Shown here piece after piece: positions 57,897-64,000 of a stretch of DNA of 64,000 bases. The position numbers and the translations under genes are program-made. Origin of the DNA: an uncultured Acetatifactor sp. Lineage in GTDB: Bacteria > Bacillota > Clostridia > Lachnospirales > Lachnospiraceae. The DNA lies in the NCBI GenBank assembly GCA_947625255.1, contig CANQNT010000014.1, positions 5,977 to 69,976 on the forward strand. The letters run 5' to 3'. The notes under the pieces were generated by a model, which saw only the letters and a list, made by a program, of their open reading frames with translations, searched no databases and was not told the origin of the DNA. Within the stretch, counting starts at the first letter, position 1; each line of letters begins with the position of its first letter.

Positions 57897-60800
57897 TTAT
57901 TTTCGGATTCTTCTGCTTCCAAGGGCGGCAGCACTCATCAGAACCGCCAACGCAAGGATCAACGACCATAGAAGCAGATTCGCACCATCTCCAGTTGCCG
58001 GAGACGCAAATCCATCCGTTTCCATCGTTTCCGCAGAAGCGGATACAGACCCTTCCGCAGACTGGTTCGTTTCCGTAGACGGAGCAGAAGCAGACTCCTC
58101 TCTTTCACTATCCGAAGACTGAGACTCCTCCTCTTCGCCGGGGTTCCCGGACTCTCCGGGATTCTGTTCCCCGCCGGGGTTCCCGGACTCTCCGGGATTC
58201 TGTTCCTCGCCGGGGTTCCCGGACTCTTCCGACTGCGCCGCCACGAGGAACGTGGACAGGCGATCGACAACAATCGTCACACTTCCGTCCGCGCCAACCT
58301 TTTGACTGCCATGATCGATCACTTCTCCATCATGAAGCTGGTATACGATCACTGACTTACCCGCATACTCCGTTCCCACAAGCAGGTTCAGATGAACAGA
58401 ACCAAAACCCTCTTTCAATTCCGAGGTTTCTTCGCCATCCACATGTAAAAGCATTCGGATTTCATAGCTTCCCAGAGGCTCATATCCGGTTTCAACTTTC
58501 TCCTGCAGCTTGCCGACATTTTCCTCGGATGTTTCTTCCTGCGTGATCACAATCTCAATCGACCGGCCTGAAAAATTCTTAACGATATCGTTCAAATCCA
58601 GACCGCTCATATCCACTTTTACATTGGTCTTAGTGTCATCTGTAATGACAATGTCCGTATATCTGGTATTAACCTGGTCACAGCGGTCACATTTCGCGGT
58701 TTCGCTTCCATCACCGTTCAAAACATAATGCGTAAAGCTGTGACCAAGCGCCGGAATCACGGTACTATCCTTTACAGCGTTACAGTTGCGGCAATGGATG
58801 GACTTACTTCCATCCTCCAGGCAGGTAGGCGCTTTATCAACCGTGTAATTTTCCTCCCAGGCATGACCAGAAGCCGCCACGCCGCGGGTTTCCACGAAAC
58901 CACAAACCTCGCAAACGCGCTGTTCTCCGCCATCCGCGTCACAAGTAGGGGTATTCACATACGTCCAATCCCCAAACTGATGACCAAGGGCAGGCAAGTT
59001 CTCCACTTCCACCGATTCCGTATATACCTCTCCGCTTGAAAGCGTGACCGTGGCAGTGTAGGTGGTCTTTCCAGGCTCGGCACAAGTGGCCGGCATCACA
59101 TCAGCAGTCACCAAAACATCATTTTCATACTGAACATGAGACGCGTCATTTTCACACAGCTGTATCAAAACCGCGGCAGAATAATCTTCCGCCCACTGAA
59201 GTTCCGGATCCGACCACGCATGGCCGATTGCCTCGATGATGCGTGACTCTATTTCGTTACATACAGAACAGCTGCGGGTCTCGCTTCCCTTTTCCTCGCA
59301 CCCGGGAGCCTTTGCCACCGCCCATTCAGTCCACTGATGACCGGGAGCTGCTACTTCCGTTTCCTGCACTTCCCCGCAGAAATTACAAGTTTCGATGATC
59401 CATCCGGGTATCAGGCAATCCGGTTCCACTTCCTCGCTCACTCTGAAATCATGGCCAGTGGCAGGAATTTCATTGATCTCAATCAGGTTACAGGTAGCGC
59501 ATCTGCGAGCCTCACTTCCCACTTCCGTACAAGTAGGAGACTCATAAATATCCCAACCGGACATCTGGTGCTCCAGCATCGTACCCGGAGCCGGAATCGT
59601 GTGCTTCACTCCGCATCCATTCTCACAGGGAGCCGTTTTGCTGCCGTCCTGGGTACAAGTGGCACTGCCCACGTCATAAACATAGTTCGTAAACTGATGA
59701 CCAAGAGAAGGAATTGACTCAACGCTGCCCGGCTTCACGGCTTCACAATTCTTACAATGGATGGATTGACTTCCTTCCAAGGTACAAGTGGGCTCCTGAT
59801 CGATCGTAGATTCTTCCTTCCAATCGTGCCCATTTGGATTGGAAATTATCTCATCAATTGCTCCGCAGACCGTACAACGACGCTCCCGCACCCCCGTGTC
59901 ATCGCAATCAGGAGCAGTAACATCTTTCCATTCCGTCCAGGTATGCTCTTTGGGAGCCGTCAGTACCTCTTCCTTACTGCTGTCGCAAATTTCACAATGG
60001 TATTCAATATATCCATCCTCAAAACAGCTTGCCGGATTCCTAAATTCCTCCACCCAGCTATGTCCAAGAGCATCGGTAAATTTGGTCTCTCTCGAAAGCT
60101 CCAGGCCGCATTCCGTACATATGATAAGTTCCTCGTAGGAACCGCCATCTTCACAAGCAGCGAATACTTCATTCACCCGAATCGGTTCGCCGGGGGTATG
60201 ACTCGTCAGCGAATCTTTCACCTGACAATCCGGATTCAGACAGGTATGCCAGTGACTATCTTTATCATGCTCCCAATTCGCGGCAAACACATGAGCCGAC
60301 TGCGCGGGAACAAGCACATATCCACACTCACACTCTACCCCGGTGAGGCAGTTATGATCGTCATTTTCAGGAAGTGTATGCGCGGCTCTGCTCGTTTCAT
60401 CCACATATCCGCATACACCGCAGGCTTTCCAATGTCCGGCATCATCCCTCAGGGGTTCCATATCATGTAACACCCTGCCGCTTGTATAGCCGCATTCGGT
60501 ACATTCCTGCCAATGATAGTTCTCATCGGACCGCATCTCCATATTATGAGGGGCCGTTTCCCGATACAAACACGCAACACATTCGTGATAATGACCCCCT
60601 GCCCCATTCGAGATCCAGCCCTTGCCATATCTATGGGAAGCAGCATATGCAATTACTTCACAGCCATCATTTGTACATATAAGAACATGCCGCGTTTCTG
60701 TCAGCTCCCATTGATTGCCATACCATGGCTGAGGCGGAGTGACATGGCTTCTCTTTGCCTCCTTGATCCTCCAGCCGCAAACGCAATACAGCGCGGTCGT

Positions 60801-62666
60801 ACAGTCACCATCATCCTCCGCATAGTGTGCTTCCGCTTCACTGACTGCCTGACACCCGGGATTGACGCATTTACGGCTGTGACCGGCCTCCGTCGTCACA
60901 TATTCCCCCGTAAAATTATGCGACAACTGCGCATCGGACAGTTTCTGATGACAAACCGAACATTCTACCGCCGTGGTACAATCATGATCCTCCGCATAGG
61001 GAACATGCGCCGTCTTGGGCAAAGCAATAGAACGAGTATCGCCGCATTTTGTACAAGTATAGGCGGCCGCACCTTCTTCTATACAAGAGGGCTCTTTCGT
61101 AATCTTTTCCTCATAGTCATGCCCCGTGGGATCCAACTCTTCTTTATAACCATTGCCACAGACGGAACAGGTATAGGTTCTTTCTCCTTCTGCCGTACAG
61201 GTAGGCTCTTTCGTAACCTGCGCCTGATAATCATGCTGCCCCGTGGCGGGAATAACCTCCCGCTGAACTTCCGTACAATTGGCGCATTTTCGCTCTTTCA
61301 ATCCAGGCTGGCCACAATCAGGCTCCTTGATTACTATCCAATTATCCAGCCACTTATGAAAAGTAACCATACCATTTCCCCGGTTCCAATACTCCCGATA
61401 GCCACAGTCCCGACATACACGGGAATCATAGCTGGGTGTCACACAAGTGCCGCGCTGGGAATTGGTGCCCCAGTTGCCGAATCGATGTTTATGCTCCAAA
61501 GCCTGGGGATACTCGGCAATATTCTCCACGACTTCCACAAAACCGCAATCCTTACACCTCTTATAAGTATAGCCCTCTTTGTAAATATACTTATTATCAT
61601 CGCCGACCGCGCTGACCGGATCCACCGTAACTGTCTCATAATTATGAACGCTTTCGCTTTCCGCCAGCATTGTCGTCAGCTCAAAACCACAGGTTTGGCA
61701 TACCTGTTTCCGGTATGTACCGTGAATGGTTGCCTTGATTTCTCCCCCATCCACAAAATGATGCCCCAGGGCACTATACCCTTGCCCCTGGACGACGCCG
61801 AATTCCGCTCCGCAATATTTACATATATAGGCGCTCTCGCTTTCTCCGGGAAGATTACAAGTGGCCTGCTTAGTCACACGCCTAATAGGAATGGTCTCTC
61901 CCACGCTGGACGTATTGGCATGCTTCCAGATCTTCAGGGAGGTTGTCTTGCCATAGCTGTTTTCCGCTACGACACGCATGGAAAGCACATCCTTGAAGTC
62001 TCCGTCAAAATCCAGCAGAAATGTATACTCCGTCTCTGACTGGGGACTGAGCTCCCTCTCTATGCCATTGACAGTCACCTTGGCCAGGGTTCCGCTCTGC
62101 GCGGTAATCGTGATGGTAGGCGACTTACAATAACTGGATGCTATATCCCTGCTTATGGTCGGCCAATAGGAATGCATCGTGGCATCTCCCTCCGCGCGCT
62201 TGACCGTAATTTCCGGGGCCAGGATCACCTCCCGGACAGACTCGGAAGGTTCCTCCGTCCCTCCCGCGTCACCGAAAGGAACGCCGGACGGATCCTGGTC
62301 TTCCCCGGACGGACCGCCGGACGGATTCCGGTCTTCCCCGGACGGACCGCCGGACGGATTCCGTTCTCCCCCGGACGGACCTCCGGACACTTCCCCATCC
62401 CCCGAACTGACGGAAACATTGGACACTTCTGTCTTCCCGCCGTTCACAACCGCGTCTTCAGAATTTCCCGAGGTCACCTCTGTATCAGACAAAAATACAA
62501 TGTCCCCGTCCGCGGTATGGACATGGTCATCATGTACATAGGACTCCCCCTTCTCCTCTTCCTCGTACCCATCCTCCTCTGCAAAGGTTGGCGTTACAAC
62601 ATTGGTAAACACCAGGACGCCGCAAAGAAGCAAGGCTACCAATCGGGCATTTTTCAACCCTACCAT
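57897..62666 (-). CDS. 1589-aa cell-surface protein with Cys/His-rich repeat array and sortase-type anchor
   Basis: Signal peptide, 21 CxxC plus about 7 variant Cys modules, C-terminal SPATG + hydrophobic segment + RRIRK. Confidence 0.85.
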   Translation of the reverse strand: MVGLKNARLVALLLCGVLVFTNVVTPTFAEEDGYEEEEKGESYVHDDHVHTADGDIVFLSDTEVTSGNSEDAVVNGGKTEVSNVSVSSGDGEVSGGPSGGERNPSGGPSGEDRNPSGGPSGEDQDPSGVPFGDAGGTEEPSESVREVILAPEITVKRAEGDATMHSYWPTISRDIASSYCKSPTITITAQSGTLAKVTVNGIERELSPQSETEYTFLLDFDGDFKDVLSMRVVAENSYGKTTSLKIWKHANTSSVGETIPIRRVTKQATCNLPGESESAYICKYCGAEFGVVQGQGYSALGHHFVDGGEIKATIHGTYRKQVCQTCGFELTTMLAESESVHNYETVTVDPVSAVGDDNKYIYKEGYTYKRCKDCGFVEVVENIAEYPQALEHKHRFGNWGTNSQRGTCVTPSYDSRVCRDCGYREYWNRGNGMVTFHKWLDNWIVIKEPDCGQPGLKERKCANCTEVQREVIPATGQHDYQAQVTKEPTCTAEGERTYTCSVCGNGYKEELDPTGHDYEEKITKEPSCIEEGAAAYTCTKCGDTRSIALPKTAHVPYAEDHDCTTAVECSVCHQKLSDAQLSHNFTGEYVTTEAGHSRKCVNPGCQAVSEAEAHYAEDDGDCTTALYCVCGWRIKEAKRSHVTPPQPWYGNQWELTETRHVLICTNDGCEVIAYAASHRYGKGWISNGAGGHYHECVACLYRETAPHNMEMRSDENYHWQECTECGYTSGRVLHDMEPLRDDAGHWKACGVCGYVDETSRAAHTLPENDDHNCLTGVECECGYVLVPAQSAHVFAANWEHDKDSHWHTCLNPDCQVKDSLTSHTPGEPIRVNEVFAACEDGGSYEELIICTECGLELSRETKFTDALGHSWVEEFRNPASCFEDGYIEYHCEICDSSKEEVLTAPKEHTWTEWKDVTAPDCDDTGVRERRCTVCGAIDEIISNPNGHDWKEESTIDQEPTCTLEGSQSIHCKNCEAVKPGSVESIPSLGHQFTNYVYDVGSATCTQDGSKTAPCENGCGVKHTIPAPGTMLEHQMSGWDIYESPTCTEVGSEARRCATCNLIEINEIPATGHDFRVSEEVEPDCLIPGWIIETCNFCGEVQETEVAAPGHQWTEWAVAKAPGCEEKGSETRSCSVCNEIESRIIEAIGHAWSDPELQWAEDYSAAVLIQLCENDASHVQYENDVLVTADVMPATCAEPGKTTYTATVTLSSGEVYTESVEVENLPALGHQFGDWTYVNTPTCDADGGEQRVCEVCGFVETRGVAASGHAWEENYTVDKAPTCLEDGSKSIHCRNCNAVKDSTVIPALGHSFTHYVLNGDGSETAKCDRCDQVNTRYTDIVITDDTKTNVKVDMSGLDLNDIVKNFSGRSIEIVITQEETSEENVGKLQEKVETGYEPLGSYEIRMLLHVDGEETSELKEGFGSVHLNLLVGTEYAGKSVIVYQLHDGEVIDHGSQKVGADGSVTIVVDRLSTFLVAAQSEESGNPGEEQNPGESGNPGGEQNPGESGNPGEEEESQSSDSEREESASAPSTETNQSAEGSVSASAETMETDGFASPATGDGANLLLWSLILALAVLMSAAALGSRRIRK
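58137..58227. repeat. 36-bp tandem repeat, about 2.5 copies (ESGNPG(E/G)EQNPG)
   Basis: GCCGGGGTTCCCGGACTCTCCGGGATTCTGTTCC(C/T)C units starting at 58137, 58173 and 58209. Confidence 0.9.
62284..62382. repeat. 33-bp tandem repeat, 3 copies (GGPSG(G/E)xxxPS)
   Basis: Units start at 62284, 62317 and 62350. Confidence 0.9.
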
Positions 62667-62791
62667 ACAATTTCCTCCTCTACCTGTTTTAATGTGGTAA
62701 AACTAATCAACTGCCGTTTTCAGTATAGCAAAATCCAGGACCAAATGCCACATACTTTTCTTTCCAAACCCGCCCGATAAGAATAATTCCC

Positions 62792-64000
62792 TCAAATCAC
62801 ATTTTCTGGTACTTTCGGGAGACCGTTAAAGCCAACCTGAAGCTCCTCGTCCGTAGGAATATGGTCATCCATTTCCCCGTTATTGTATTTTTCATAGGCC
62901 ACCAGATCAAAATAGCCCGTACCCGTAAGGCCGAAGAGAATCGTTTTTTCCTCGCCGGTCTCCTTGCACTTCAACGCCTCGTCAATGGCCACGCGGATCG
63001 CGTGGGCGCTTTCCGGCGCGGGCAGGATGCCCTCCACCCTTGCGAACATTTCCGCCGCTTCAAACACGGAGGTCTGCTCCACCGCCCTGGCCTCCATCAG
63101 GCCGTCATGGTAAAGCTGGGAAAGTATGGTGCTCATGCCATGGAAACGCAGGCCTCCCGCATGGTTCGGGGATGGAATGAACCCGCTGCCCAGAGTGTAC
63201 ATCCTGGCCAAAGGACAGATCATACCCGTATCGCAGAAATCGTACGCGAATTTTCCCCTTGTAAAGCTGGGACAGGAAGCCGGCTCTACGGCAATGATGC
63301 GATAATCCTCTTCCCCTCGCAGCTTCTCACCCATAAACGGAGCGATCAGGCCGCCCAGATTGGAACCGCCGCCCGCGCAGCCGATAATGAGATCCGGCTT
63401 GATACCGTATTTGTCCATGGCCAGCTTGGATTCCAGACCGATCACGGACTGATGCAGCAGGACCTGGTTCAGCACACTGCCCAGCACATACCGATACCCC
63501 TCGTTGGTGGCGGCAACCTCCACCGCCTCCGAAATGGCGCAGCCAAGGCTGCCGGTGGTACCGGGAAACTCAGCCAGGATCTTGCGGCCCACATTGGTGG
63601 TGTCGGAGGGAGACGGCGTCACGGACGCGCCATAGGTGCGCATCACTTCGCGGCGGAAAGGCTTTTGCTCATAGGATACTTTTACCATGTAAACCTTGCA
63701 GTCCAGTCCCAGATAAGCACAGGCCATGGAAAGCGCCGTGCCCCACTGTCCCGCTCCGGTTTCCGTGGTCACGCCCTTGAGCCCCTGCTTCTTGGCATAA
63801 TAGGCCTGGGCAATGGCCGAGTTCAGCTTGTGGCTGCCGCTGGTATTGTTTCCTTCGAACTTATAATAAATCTTGGCCGGGGTCTGCAGCTTTTCCTCCA
63901 GACAATACGCGCGTACCAAGGGTGACGGACGATACATTTTATAAAAATTCCGAATCTCCTCAGGGATCTCTACATACGCCGTCTGATCATCCAGCTCCTG
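62792..64000 (-). CDS. trpB: TrpB2-type tryptophan synthase beta-like PLP enzyme (5' end outside window)
   Basis: KFEGNNTSGSHKLNSA, TETGAGQWG, GCAGGGSN, HAGGLRFHG, PAPESAHA. The frame stays open to the window edge. Confidence 0.9.
   Translation of the reverse strand, partial: QELDDQTAYVEIPEEIRNFYKMYRPSPLVRAYCLEEKLQTPAKIYYKFEGNNTSGSHKLNSAIAQAYYAKKQGLKGVTTETGAGQWGTALSMACAYLGLDCKVYMVKVSYEQKPFRREVMRTYGASVTPSPSDTTNVGRKILAEFPGTTGSLGCAISEAVEVAATNEGYRYVLGSVLNQVLLHQSVIGLESKLAMDKYGIKPDLIIGCAGGGSNLGGLIAPFMGEKLRGEEDYRIIAVEPASCPSFTRGKFAYDFCDTGMICPLARMYTLGSGFIPSPNHAGGLRFHGMSTILSQLYHDGLMEARAVEQTSVFEAAEMFARVEGILPAPESAHAIRVAIDEALKCKETGEEKTILFGLTGTGYFDLVAYEKYNNGEMDDHIPTDEELQVGFNGLPKVPENVI

Noticed and set aside
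60930-60970. Single CxxCH (CSVCH) in the giant protein suggesting c-type heme; coordinates approximate
   Set aside because: Only one among 21 CxxC motifs and in the same register as the other modules; no cytochrome c maturation genes in view.

Overview
A 64 kb chromosomal window from a Firmicute; gene content and order suggest a Lachnospiraceae-like clostridium (inference). Most genes are on the minus strand. The housekeeping scaffold includes degV, ssrA (tmRNA)-smpB-rnr-secG, eno, tsf-rpsB, codY-topA, metY with a LysR regulator, mscL, apbE and a partial trpB2. Accessory blocks: (i) a small region at the tmRNA 3' end holding a 57-aa ORF missed by the ORF track, a transposase-like protein lacking the catalytic core, and several palindromes; (ii) an Opp peptide ABC operon with large insertions in four of its five subunits; (iii) a roughly 10 kb hybrid ABC locus with two CUT1 sugar-type permeases, a membrane-fusion adaptor, a truncated MacB-like protein and two ~800-aa lipoproteins, but no ATPase, where two putative promoters share a motif at identical spacing; (iv) an orphan rhaD, an FtsX-type exporter, an NCS2 purine permease and a MoxR-DUF58-transglutaminase triad; (v) a YphC-like dehydrogenase/aldo-keto reductase/GH29 cassette between codY and rpsB; (vi) an NYN-domain protein; (vii) a 1589-aa sortase-type surface protein with about 28 Cys/His modules. 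No CRISPR array, rRNA, tRNA, integrase or intact transposase was seen. All family assignments come from motif recognition by eye, not database searches.
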